From: Octopus bimaculoides
Lineage: Eukaryota
NCBI RefSeq assembly: GCF_001194135.2
Contig: NC_068982.1
Span: 145,409,767 to 145,473,766, forward strand
Length of the DNA stretch: 64,000 bases
Direction: 5' to 3'
The translations under genes and the position numbers were made by a program. Below the pieces are notes generated by a model. That model ran no database searches. It had not been told where the DNA came from and worked only from the letters and a program-made list of their open reading frames with translations. Position 1 is the stretch's first letter, and each line of letters begins with the position of its first letter. Shown piece after piece: positions 49,696-61,545 of this stretch.

Positions 49696-50621
49696 GTGCG
49701 CAAATACACACGCGCAACCTCACACACAGACACACATTCACGCACTCACACATATATACATATGCATATATATATAACAGAATAACAGAATCACGTATGC
49801 GTGTGTGGAGACGTGTGTGCTTGTGTTTCTGCATTAATGCCTCAGTTATTATTAGCTTCTGTTCTTCAAACTGTCACAAATGCTTTAATGAATTTTTTGA
49901 AGCACTTTAAATGCCACTAATCACTCAAAATAAAAATATTATACTGACATATTCTCAAACACCTGGTTTTTGCATTTTCCGTTCACATAGCAGTCAATCA
50001 ACCCCTTATTGCTTGTGTTTTGTATGAATTGTTTGAATTATGTTAATATATATATATATATATTTTTATTAATCGATATATTTAAATAAGGATCGCTACG
50101 AAACTCTGCAAGATGCTGACTTGATAGAAGTAGACTAGCAGAAGACAAATCGATTTCATTCTGTATCTTGTCGTTGGTATAATCTTCAGTGTGAAAGCGA
50201 AAATGCGAAAACATTCAAAATAGGTTAGATCGTTCTCGCAAATTGTCAACAGGCCCCATGCCTGATTACTGCTTAAAGAATTGTGAGTAATTATGAAATT
50301 CGCATTAATAGCATTTCTAAGTGAAAATATTCTATAATTGAAAATAGCTCCGCAAGTCCTTTTTGATTACTAATCAAAAAATAAAATATTACTACCGCAA
50401 CAGACATGCAGCGTTAGTTTTAAGTATCCACAATCTTAATCTTCACTATTGTCATCCATATGCTACATATTTGTCCATTTGTATATTTGTCATATTGAGA
50501 AAGAATAGGCAACGATCCACCGTTTTATTCGACTCCAACTTACAGCATACTAAACAAGGAAGGTATACTTTTAACTGACAAATTTCCCCTGAGGTATAGC
50601 ATTTATATATCTGAACCAGAA

Positions 50622-50836
50622 ACGCGGCCAGCTGGCGAAAACGTTAGCACGCCGGGCGAAATGCTTAGCGGTATTTCGTCTGTCTTTACGTTCTCAGTTC
50701 AAATTCTGCCCAGGTCGACTTTGCCTTTCATCCTTTCGAGGTCGATAAATTAAGTACCAGTTTCGTACTGTGGTCAATCTAATCGACTGGCCCCATCCCC
50801 GCTAAATTTCGGACCCTGTGCCTAGAGTAGAAAAGA
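50622..50836 (+). mobile_element. SINE family B, full length with perfect 17-bp TSD
   Basis: TSD ATATATCTGAACCAGAA at 50605-50621 and 50837-50853; A-box-like TGGCGAAAACG, B-box-like AGTTCAAATTC, central GCCTTTCATCCTTTCGAGGTCGATAAATTAAGTACCAG. Confidence 0.96.
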
Positions 50837-50904
50837 ATATATCTGAACCAGAAGTTCAAATTGCTAGAACCCTTTAATGATTTGGTTTCTCTTGTGTTTT
50901 CCAG

Positions 50905-50943
50905 ATATTTCCTGAACGATGAGGAGTTTTTTGTATTAGAACG
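50905..50943 (+). CDS. Candidate 39-nt symmetric exon (xYFLNDEEFFVLER)
   Basis: Strong acceptor TTTCTCTTGTGTTTTCCAG|, donor ACG|GTATAT; only the phase-2 frame is open; length divisible by 3. Confidence 0.35.
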
Positions 50944-51244
50944 GTATATTGTCATTCATATAATCTCTAGCAAGGAAGTGAAATCACACGACATAGGCTA
51001 GATTGTTCTCGAATGTTGTTAACAGGCACCGTACCTAATTACTACTGAAAGTATTAAAAGTGTTGTATTTATAGGGAGTATTTATGAGATTAGCATTAAC
51101 CAGATGTTTATGAGAGAATATTCTGTAAGTGAAAATAGTTCTAGAACTATGGTGCAAGATAGTACCACGCAAAGAGGAGTAATGCGTTACGTAGCCAAAT
51201 ATCTCGATCTGATTCGTTACGTGCCACTTGTTTGTATTATACAT

Positions 51245-51329
<85 letters not shown>

Positions 51330-51337
51330 TGTGTGTG

Positions 51338-51530
51338 TGTTTGTTTCCGCCCAACGCATGAACAACCAATGCTGGTGTGTTTGCGTCTCCTGTAGCTTAG
51401 CCGTTCGGAAAAAGAGACCGATAGAATAAGTACTAGGCTTACAAAAAATAAGCCCTACAGTCGATTTGTGCGACGGAAGGCGGTGCTGCAGTATGGCCGC
51501 AGTCAAATGGCTGGAACAAATAAACGAATA
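51338..51530 (+). mobile_element. SINE family A 3' half
   Basis: TGCTGGTGTGTTTGCG..GTTCGGAAAAAGAGACCGATAGAATAAGTACTAGGCTTAC..GGCGGTGCTGCAGTATGGCCGCAGTCAAATG. Confidence 0.9.
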
Positions 51531-51542
51531 CATACATACATT

Positions 51543-51574
<32 letters not shown>

Positions 51575-51634
51575 CATTCATACATATATATACATTCATA
51601 CATACATACATATATATATATATAGTTGAAATGT

Positions 51635-51770
51635 ATAGAAAAACAAAAGAGGAAGACAGATGTAGAGACAACAGGGAAGTGTATTAGTTTGGCGTGCGGG
51701 AAAATATAAAAGTCTTTTTCGTTTCGAGCCTTCAACTGAAAGGAATAAGAGAAAATAAACAGAGACAGAA
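51635..51770 (-). mobile_element. Family X Penelope-type/retrozyme-like repeat, decayed copy
   Basis: Aligns with 24670-24800 (GAAGACA..GTAT.TTAGT.TG.CG..CGGGAA...AAAGTCTTT..CGTTTCGAGC..CTTCAAC.GAAAG); stem II partly deleted. Confidence 0.6.
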
Positions 51771-52023
51771 TGGAAAAAAAAAACTTGTGGATTTATCGGT
51801 CAAACATGGTAAATATATTATATAATCATTCGATTTGCAAAATATAAATTCAGGAATATAATCAATAATAGTTAAGTGTCGAATTCCTGAAAATTGAATT
51901 GTGTGCGTTGATGTAATCGCAGCACTGGATATGGGCATAAACCCATAATACTTTCTACCATACGTACAAGGTCTGAAGTTTTGTAGGAGGAGGCTATTCG
52001 ATAACAGCCATTCGATATTCAAC

Positions 52024-52106
52024 TAATATTTATTTACCCACCCGGAAAGGATAGAAAGCAATGACGGACGTCGGGGGAATTTGAACTTAGAACGTAAAAA
52101 CGGACA
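52024..52106 (-). mobile_element. SINE family B internal fragment, decayed
   Basis: CCCGGAAAGGATAGAAAGCAATGACGGACGTCGGGGGAATTTGAACTTAGAACGTAAA. Confidence 0.65.
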
Positions 52107-52505
52107 TGGGCTTAAATAATTAATATCAATTGCTATTGTTTGAAACCAGGTCATCTCAGTGAGCAGAGTTAAGATAAAAGATTTTCAAAAGGCAATAATT
52201 TCTTCCTTATTTCAAGTTCGCTTATTTAGAACTATATTATAAAATACGCCATTCGATATGTTAAGAGAATAAGGTGTGACATGGGACTAATTTATTTGTT
52301 AATTAGAGGATGGCGAGCAACCTCATATAAACTCCTTATCTGATTGTTGGTTACATTATAATTGTTTAATAAATAAACGAACATTTATGTATAGAATGCT
52401 CTGATCAGCCAACGAGAAATCGTATACAGAGTAATTTGACTGGAAATAACAACCATATCTTTAATGTGGCATTCTAATCTAAGGGCATGTGTGATATTGT
52501 AATCT

Positions 52506-52662
52506 CTACATTATTTACATTATTTACATTATTTATATTTGACAGATATTTGTCTTCATCTTGTTTGTTGTTAACAAAACGTTTCGTCTGATATACCCTC
52601 TAGCCTTCATCAGGCGTCTTAGGGAAATTTCGAACCTGGGTTCTCATTCCTAAGGTATTTTT
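52506..52662 (-). mobile_element. Penelope-type terminal repeat (family Y) with hammerhead core and (ATTTACATT)n tail
   Basis: Minus strand AAGACGC CTGATGA A GGCTA GAGGGTATAT CAGAC GAAA C GTT TTGTT (52620-52571); intact CUGAUGA and GAAAC boxes with partly broken stems. Confidence 0.65.
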
Positions 52663-54673
52663 CGATGCTGATCATATCACAGGCTATTGTCACTGTTATA
52701 GCCATTATTATTTTTATTTTAACAGTCTTTTTTCTTTTATAACATTTATAATTTACCAGCAAAAAAAAACAAAAAGCTACACTCTGGCCTAGGTAAGATT
52801 ATAAAATTGAAGAATCTATAAAAAAAGAACATATGACGTAATAAAACTGATATTTATTTGCATAAATGAAAATCTACAAAGTCGGAACTTTCACCTAAGT
52901 TCTGAAGTCGTCGTAATGGTGACTTAGTGTATATTTCACCTTCTTGCTGGCATCTGCACGTTTTCGCTATTCTAGTATTTTATATCGTTCCATATATCTT
53001 TTATTTTCACTTCTTATCTTGATTTGTCATTTTGTAACTTGCTTAATCTTTCTAACGTTGTTTCAATGAACATGAATACTTATACCATTTGCGAATTTTA
53101 GTCCAATTTTTACAAACTGAAAGAAAAATTAATTTGGCTCGAGAGAATGAACTTAGTATGAAGTAACTTTCTATCCCTTCATGTTTCATGTTTATATTTT
53201 TCGGAGAGTATGAATTTGATCAAAACGGAATTGGTACAACAGAGTATCTTATTCCAAAACACAAATGAAAGCAACTTTACTGGTGAAGCATTTGCATAGA
53301 ATTTGACGAAGATAAAAAAATGTCAATTTATCTCACTGTTTACATTTAATTTCTAAATTCGTAAATTAAAATTCTCCAACCAATAAGTAGTCCTACTTTC
53401 GTTCTTATAGTTCTTAGATTGCATTTTGCTGACCATAAAAACTAAAGGTGCAATAAAGTGGTCCGATCTTGTACTGCAGCTAGGTGGATCAGAGTAGCAA
53501 AGGAATCTATATGCCAAGACGCCATAAAGATAAGATCACAAAAAGTCGTATTTATTAGTATAGACACTTGTTTGAATACGTTAGTTATTGTGTTGAAACG
53601 GTCTGCATTCCTGCTTTCGTGGGCGTTATTTTTCTTGTCTATAAACCAGAAAGTTATGCGGACGCATGCACAGATATTCGCATTTATCAGCATAGAGTAC
53701 GTAAGCTGTACATTTGCCGAATGAACCTATTCGTGTCACACGAACTTCAGAAATAGCAGCTTAGTTTCTACTAATTTATATCGTAAGGATTAAAAAAAAG
53801 TAGGATATTTATTATAAAATTGTTCTAACAATGAAAGAAAGAGTAGAAAGGATAGATATGATTGGAATGACTTCAGATCTCAAGAACAAGAGTTGACCTA
53901 GCAAATACTCCAGCTGCAACAACAATATCTCTCTGTTAAGAAGCTGATTAGATAAACACAGATAATGCATCAAGCTGATTTATTTTCTCCGTTGCAAATT
54001 TATATAATGTTTTTGCAACGTCTACTTCCTATTAACATATATTTTTCTCTCTTCTTTTCCTATTATTCTTGGAATGTCTACGTATAAAGAAACAATATAC
54101 GTAGCTATAAAGTAACAGTATTATTTCCATGAACAATGATTGGTAAATATAAATTGACAAATATAATTTGTAGACGCTTGGCTAAGATTCAGCACTGGAA
54201 TGCGTTTGGTTCTGTCCTTACAATCATGCGTACACTCCATCGACCACTGCTACCACCACCACNNNNNNNNNNNNNNNNNNNNNNNNNNNNNNNNNNNNNN
54301 NNNNNNNNNNNNNNNNNNNNNNNNNNNNNNNNNNNNNNNNNNNNNNNNNNNNNNNNNNNNNNNNNNNNNNNNNNNNNNNNNNNNNNNNNNNNNNNNNNNN
54401 NNNNNNNNNNNNNNNNNNNNNNNNNNNNNNNNNNNNNNNNNNNNNNNNNNNNNNNNNNNNNNNNNNNNNNNNNNNNNNNNNNNNNNNNNNNNNNNNNNNN
54501 NNNNNNNNNNNNNNNNNNNNNNNNNNNNNNNNNNNNNNNNNNNNNNNNNNNNNNNNNNNNNNNNNNNNNNNNNNNNNNNNNNNNNNNNNNNNNNNNNNNN
54601 NNNNNNNNNNNNNNNNNNNNNNNNNNNNNNNNNNNNNNNNNNNNNNNNNNNNNNNNNNNNNNNNNNNNNNNNN

Positions 54674-54719
<46 letters not shown>

Positions 54720-54984
54720 AATAACGAAGGTGGCTAGATGACATATAAAACCAAAAACAAAAAATTTCAATTTTCTCTAATAGTGACTGAGCGCGCAGGG
54801 AAGCACCTACTTTCCTGGAAACAAAAGTCAAAGGGCCTTATAGCCACAAAAAGCACATTCTACGAACTATAATAGAAAATTTAGACGAATACATATAATT
54901 AGATTAGTGTGTTTAAATGTTGAGTAGAGCGCCGTGACAGGGCTCTCTGGTGTTATCCGTAGTTGTAACCACACACATAAAGTA

Positions 54985-55190
54985 AAAATCCTAGATAATA
55001 GAATCCCAAACGATAAGGAAAATCAAACCAAACCTAGATACATAAGAATCAACTATGAGACAACAAATTAAACACAACGCCACCAAATCCCAATGCCACT
55101 CCAAACACACGAACAAACAGCCATAACAGAAAATATAAAAACCATGATGTCCTCTGGTATAACCCAATCTGGGACTCGAACATCTCATCT
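54985..55190 (+). mobile_element. Possible Naiad-type PLE fragment
   Basis: KNHDVLWYNPIWDSNIS resembles R.IIWFNPP(F/Y)S.NV; YIRINYETTN resembles YIRISYSTNK in the 6440-8130 element. Confidence 0.35.
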
Positions 55191-57186
55191 AAGACTGTGA
55201 AAGAAAACAAAGAAAACTGTGAACGATAAGAACAAAGATATAACTACTTAAAATATATACTCACCAATATGTTAATTCAATCATGGTAGCACAAACAATG
55301 CGTAAGTAAGATTGTATCTGAAAATAAAATGAATATATTGTTGCATTACAGTGTAGTTTTCTCGTTTCATATTTGTAAATTTTGACACTAGTTACACATA
55401 ATAAACACGAACTAGCTAATTAATTACTGGTATATGTTTACTACGAAAGCAGAACTCCAGTAAGAATAACGAGGGAGATTAATTGCTTTAAGATACTCGG
55501 CTGCACGTTATAACGTTGTCACCTTCAATCTTATGACTGAGTTTGCCTTTTCATCTCATGAAGCCAAAGTTTATTGTATACACAAGAGTGGACACAATTT
55601 ATTAAAACCCTCTCCTCAATAAACAATCACCTGGCTATCTGCTCGTATGTGACATTCTTATTTGATCTTTTAATGAGTTATACTTATTAGTGTGTTTCAT
55701 TAAATCCATGAAGTCTACCCACTGCTCTCTTCTGATATTCTTGGAACGGAGTTAAACATTGAAGAGCAGGTAATGGACTGAATTATCGGAAAATTATGAT
55801 TTCAGATCAATTTTCTTGCCAGGAACTAAGATTCTTTATCTCAGATCACATTGTACTAAATCTACAGGAAAGAAGCTGATAAGTTTTAATTATTTATCAA
55901 AGAATAAATATTTTTGTGTATGCAGATAAACACAAATACACGCGCGCACGCACACACACACACATACACACACATATCGATTTATTATATCTGGAAGCAT
56001 TCTGAGCAAAACATCGTGCGCAAGAAAAGTCGAAAAACCATCGGGGTGGAAGTAGTGTAATATGGAAACAAGCAAAATCACAGAATATAGAAAAATATAT
56101 ACATAAACGTTAAAAGTGTTATATGACGCAGCCCGTATTTTACGCAAGAAAATTATCATTAAGAATCACGCACCAATCCGCAAATGGTCAGCAGATTTCC
56201 GATCCAGGACGATTACACAAACCATATACCAAATGTCCGAGAAAATCACTATGTAATAATATAATCCAACTCACACTATTACGAAACTATGACAATCCAC
56301 AAAAAACATCGAATCGAAACATGGGTTTCTTGGTCCGATCGGAACGTCGAGTACGCCGCGATTGCATATGCCGTGAGAAAGAGGAGATAGATAGATAGAT
56401 AGATAGATAGAGAGAGAGAGTTCACATCATATATATTAAGTGTCGAGTAGTAAATTATCCAATTGAGTCTTCGTTAGAAGATTGCATGACTGTATATTTG
56501 AATTTAAACAGTATTTGTTTTGTATTTCTAGCACACTGCGTGTTGTCATGGTGTGCCAGTGCTCAGTACTCGTAAGCAATCTCCTAAGTGTCGTTGTAAT
56601 ACCATTAACTTTTCTTTTCTCTCTATTTCAATTTGAAGATATCGCTATGTCTGGTTTAAACACACTTGGGTAATATAAACTATGTTGTGTGTAGATGTAG
56701 AACAAATATATTAAATGAACGGAAACCATAAACATATCCGTACATAATGCACAATGTATTTCATCATAGCAATTTGCATTAAATATATAGTTTGTCTTCC
56801 TTATTCTAAACATCAAATGCAACTATAATTTAGTTTCTTGTTTTTCTCAAATGAAAATATGCAGTTACACAGAAAAACAGAGATAATTATAGTTTATCTT
56901 TCATCTTTTTCTTCTTTTAGTCATTAGACTGCAACTCGGCTGGGACACCTCCGTGTAGAATTGATCGAAGCATCTTCCATTTTTTAAAGCTCGGTACATT
57001 TTTTTGTCAGAACACAGAACTATATGGTTGGGGAACAGACTTCTTTCCACAGTCACGATTGTGGCTATATACCAGAAACAGGTGTAAAGGCATCACCTGT
57101 AGGAATGATTTTCTTTGCATTCCGCCTTTGCATTTCACCTTTATTTGTAAATATCATGGCTGCATTTAGTTGACAAGAGATATACG

Positions 57187-57276
<90 letters not shown>

Positions 57277-58039
57277 AACAAGTGGTTATATTTTTGTTAT
57301 TGTTTTAAATGTAGCTTCTGTTTCGGAAGCTGTAAAACAAATGACATCACCACAGTTGAAAGTGTGCAGCTGTCTTATTTAATTTAATCATTTATTTAAT
57401 TTCTGTCACAATTGATAAGTAATAACGACGATGTTTACACACTCACGAAGGACCAGTCATTGATTCACTGCATTATTGATTGCGCTGCATTATTGATTGA
57501 GTGATAAGCGTGTGTCTGTGACTCTCTTTATAACAAATATCACAGGGAATTTCGTTCGTTGAACACTGGTTTTCTTCGCCAACAGTTATATTGTTATATA
57601 TATGCATGCACGCACACACGCACCCCCACCCACCCAGACACACATACACGTATGTATATATTCTTTTCGTCGGTGGTGGTGAAGTTAGTTTCAGCCATAA
57701 TCGTGTTAGCGAAATTCCACGTAGTATAAGGTATATTTTTAAAACCCGTTCTGAATAACGCTACGTTGGTAGATAAAACATGTTTCTCTTTTACATAGTG
57801 GGAGAAAAAACTGGTTACTGATTTAGGGCTGGAGGAGTCGGCATAAATGTAGAAGGAACGTTCAAAAATATAATTTGAACGGACCTCTACACCTACATGT
57901 AGGTATGTATATGTCTCTATGTATGTATATGTCTGTACGTATGTATTTATTAGTCCAGTCAGTTTCTTGCTACACTTATGTTTCGCCTGTGTGGTGGACC
58001 ATCTATACTCGACATTCTCGACTTTCAGAGTAGCGAGAG

Positions 58040-58105
58040 ACTGATTTCGTCATGGTAGTACTACAGCATGGCTGTAGTTCAATGACTGAGACAAGTAAAA
58101 GGTAC
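58040..58105 (+). mobile_element. SINE family A 3' tail fragment
   Basis: GGTAGTACTACAGCATGGCTGTAGTTCAATGACTGAGACAAGTAAAAG. Confidence 0.65.
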
Positions 58106-58449
58106 AGATAGAAAGTATATATGCATATAGTTATGGATGACACTGCGAATATTATCACATTCATGGTACCAGATGTTTACTCTGGTTTAAATGCCTCACT
58201 CTCCTCCTCAGAAAGTGATCAAAATAAACGATTCTTTCGTAGGAAAAAATTTGAGACTTAAGTAGGAAAACCATGATCCATGATAGAACCAATAATACAT
58301 TATCGCTGTTCTGCTGGTGATTAAATATGGTAGCAAGCGTTGCTCAAATTATAGATATGCATCATTTTGATTTCTTTACATGCATATATATTGTAAATGT
58401 GAAGCAGTTGTATGTAATACCGAATATTTTACAGGCGTTAGATATGTGT

Positions 58450-59900
58450 ATTATATTTGACTGTTGGTTCTATTCCACGTTTTCTGGTTTCCCTGGTAAG
58501 ATCAGAGACTGAATATATGAGATACTAAATGAAGTCTGCGATTGTGGAGCAAGTGATATTTGTAGGCTGAATTTCTTGTGCAGTATTGTCAGGAGGATTA
58601 TGGCAAGATGTGTGATGTTATCTGCATATGAAATCGGATACATGTTTTGTAGAAGTATGGGACATACATATATTTATAGCTTGAACGTGTGGATGAAAGG
58701 TAGCTCTCTCTAGTACTGCATTCGAAAACTTGCAGGAATTGTTTATGCGCACCTGATAGGCTTGATACGAAGTTTGTTAGCCAGCTGACTACATGTTAAG
58801 CTACGTGTAATGTTCCTTCCGGTGATGTTGAATGAGAAAATAGGGGAAAATGATGTCGAAACATTTGGTAATACCAATGTTAGTTAAAATGGTATATGAG
58901 TGAAATATTTGTTGTTAGAATCATTCGGTAAGTTCCGTTACATCTGCGCATAATGAGGTGATTAAATATAGTGATGTTAAAACGTCATGTTTTAAATGTG
59001 AGTTTAAATGGATATGTGAATTAGAAGTGGCAACGATGAGACTGTCTAATTGTTGAGGATATACATTGAAGGGTTTCGTGTCAGTATTACAATAGTTGAC
59101 TATGGGTATTACTGACATACGGAATTGTTATAATTTTGCTCACCTTCCTGATTTTGAGAATTTGATGCCGTTCTTAAGAGGAGATTTATATGACGGTGAG
59201 TGCAGCTATCTCTTCAATGCGATGTTACATGCTTTAGATGTATGTTTAAGGTTTGTCCCATCGGAGGCTTTTGAATAAACATTTTTGTACTGATTTTCGG
59301 GCGTATTTTGATACGGCGTATCAAAGAGAGGTGTAAAAATTATAGCCCATGGATAAATTGCGTATTTTTCGTTTTGTTGTTACCTAAAGTTTCGAAGAAT
59401 TACTCTGATTGATTTTCGAGAATGTCTGACGAGGGAGCGTGTTTTGTACTGCAGCATGTGTACATTGTTTGTAATAGATATTGTGGTACTGAGTGTGCTG
59501 TGATCGTTGTTGTTGATGATTATGCTAATTACTCTGAAGACTGATTTATTGTCAGTTTTGTAGTTTAAGATGTATAAAAATATTTGCCGATCTCCTAAAT
59601 ATCATTTGCTTATGATTTTATTTAATATCTCCTTGTTTACTCGTTTGATGCTGTTTCTATATTTACGCTGTGTGTAGATTTGACATATTGTGTTTGAGGT
59701 TGTCTCTGATTTTTATGAGATTGGCTATTCTGGTGTGAAGAGGTAGTTCTATTGTTATGCGATCTTGTGGGATATTATACATAGATCCGTAAATATTTTG
59801 TTGAATATGTGTCTTAGAGTGGCTACATTGTTGATTGTGATGCGGTGAATACTTAAAATCTTGATTATATTTCTTTATAAAACTACGGCAACTTTTAACA
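58450..59900 (-). mobile_element. Decayed Penelope-like retroelement
   Basis: GT-rich skew; minus-strand KPPMGQTLNIHLKHVTSH (cf. KPTD..QYL...SCHP.H) and IITIPYVSNTH (cf. IPFVSTHNP); heavily frameshifted. Confidence 0.45.
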
Positions 59901-60005
59901 GGTATTTTCTTCGTCTGTCGGGCTGCCCGTATTATCAGTATCTGTTTCTCCCCCGCGCTCTCTCAGTAAATATATATATTAGGGTATGTATGTATGTATA
60001 TACAT

Positions 60006-60299
60006 AGGCGTAGGAGCGGCTGTGTGGTAAGTAGCTAGCTTACCAACCACATGGTCCCGGGTTCAGTCCCACTGCGCGGCATCTTGGGCAAGTGTCTTCT
60101 ACTATAGCCTCGGGCCGACCAAAGCCTTGTGAGTGGATTTGGTAGACGGAAACTGAAAGAAGCCCGTCGTATATATGTATATATATATGTATGTGTGTGT
60201 GTATGTTTGTATGTGTGTGTTTGTCCCCCCAACATCGCTTGACAACCGATGCTGGTGTGTTTATGTCCCCGTACCCTAGCGGTTCGGCAAAAGGGATCG
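60006..60299 (+). mobile_element. SINE family A, well-preserved 5' two-thirds (3' end in gap)
   Basis: AGGCGTAGGAGCGGCTGTGTGGTAAG..GGGTTCAGTCCCACTGCG..CTTGGGCAAGTGTCTTCTACTATAGCCTCGGGCCGACC..; internal (TA)n(TG)n spacer at about 60169-60220. Confidence 0.95.
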
Positions 60300-60744
60300 N
60301 NNNNNNNNNNNNNNNNNNNNNNNNNNNNNNNNNNNNNNNNNNNNNNNNNNNNNNNNNNNNNNNNNNNNNNNNNNNNNNNNNNNNNNNNNNNNNNNNNNNN
60401 NNNNNNNNNNNNNNNNNNNNNNNNNNNNNNNNNNNNNNNNNNNNNNNNNNNNNNNNNNNNNNNNNNNNNNNNNNNNNNNNNNNNNNNNNNNNNNNNNNNN
60501 NNNNNNNNNNNNNNNNNNNNNNNNNNNNNNNNNNNNNNNNNNNNNNNNNNNNNNNNNNNNNNNNNNNNNNNNNNNNNNNNNNNNNNNNNNNNNNNNNNNN
60601 NNNNNNNNNNNNNNNNNNNNNNNNNNNNNNNNNNNNNNNNNNNNNNNNNNNNNNNNNNNNNNNNNNNNNNNNNNNNNNNNNNNNNNNNNNNNNNNNNNNN
60701 NNNNNNNNNNNNNNNNNNATATATATATATATACATACATACAT

Positions 60745-61545
60745 GTATGCCAAGGTAACTGTAGCATTATTGGTGTGGGACAGGAGAAATAGTGAGACCA
60801 TTGATGCACAATTGTTGTATATGGGAAACCGATTTTCGCCGCTCAACAATTAAGAACATTTCTTCTGGTCAAATTCCATTCCAATATCATCTGAAAATGT
60901 TATTTCCAGTTGCATATTTTTGGTATTGTTGCCACTTTTAGTATAAGTGTTAAGGTCACCCACAGAAAAATTATGGGGCATCCTAATATCTCTTGCAGTT
61001 TCAGACCCTAATATGCAGACGTTTTTTTTTGTGTTGCAGGAATGATAATGGGTTTAACGCCGAAATGAACAGAAACACAGAGAGACTTGGAATATTCCCT
61101 TCGAAATATTTATGGCATTAGAGATGATTGTTCCACTCTCTGTACTAAATGTGAGGATTGTTGCCCACGTCTTTGTAAGCCTCTCAATGGCAGCAATTAA
61201 AGTAGCTGGCACGTATGCCAAATGGAGATACATCAGCAGCCATGCATGATGAATACAATCAAATACCTTTTTATAATCGAGCTATATGTTGTAAGGCTGC
61301 TACGATGTTTTCTTTTAAAATCTCAAACAGTACAGCCTTGTTTATCAGAAGCTGTTTGGCACATTCTCCGCCTAGCTCATCAGTCACTATATTGTTGGAC
61401 TCACAATTATCCTGGAGGAATTGGTTGAGGCAGCTTGTGTACAGTTTACATATAATAGTTAGGCAAGCAATGGACTTCTATTTTTCAGGTAACTCGCTAG
61501 TTTCATTCTTGACCATGAGTTTCGTAGCGCCAATTTAATATTTCA
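60745..61545 (-). mobile_element. R4/Dong-like (RLE-clade) non-LTR retrotransposon RT fragment
   Basis: SIACLTIICKLYTSCLNQFLQDNCESNNIVTDE (cf. RPIACLN..YKLYTSCLN.FL..HC..NNI...EQ); CAKQLLINKAVL (cf. GC..QLLINK.IL); AIERLTKTWAT; LNPLSFL; FSVGDLNTY (cf. FF.DDLK.Y); FSDDIGMEFDQKKC; CYSYLGI. Confidence 0.88.

Noticed and set aside
53442-53756. Three overlapping 62-88 aa ORFs with a GTAAGC donor; VETVCI resembling a K+ channel S2 segment
   Set aside because: Similarity does not extend beyond six residues, there is no convincing acceptor, and the frame cannot be chosen.
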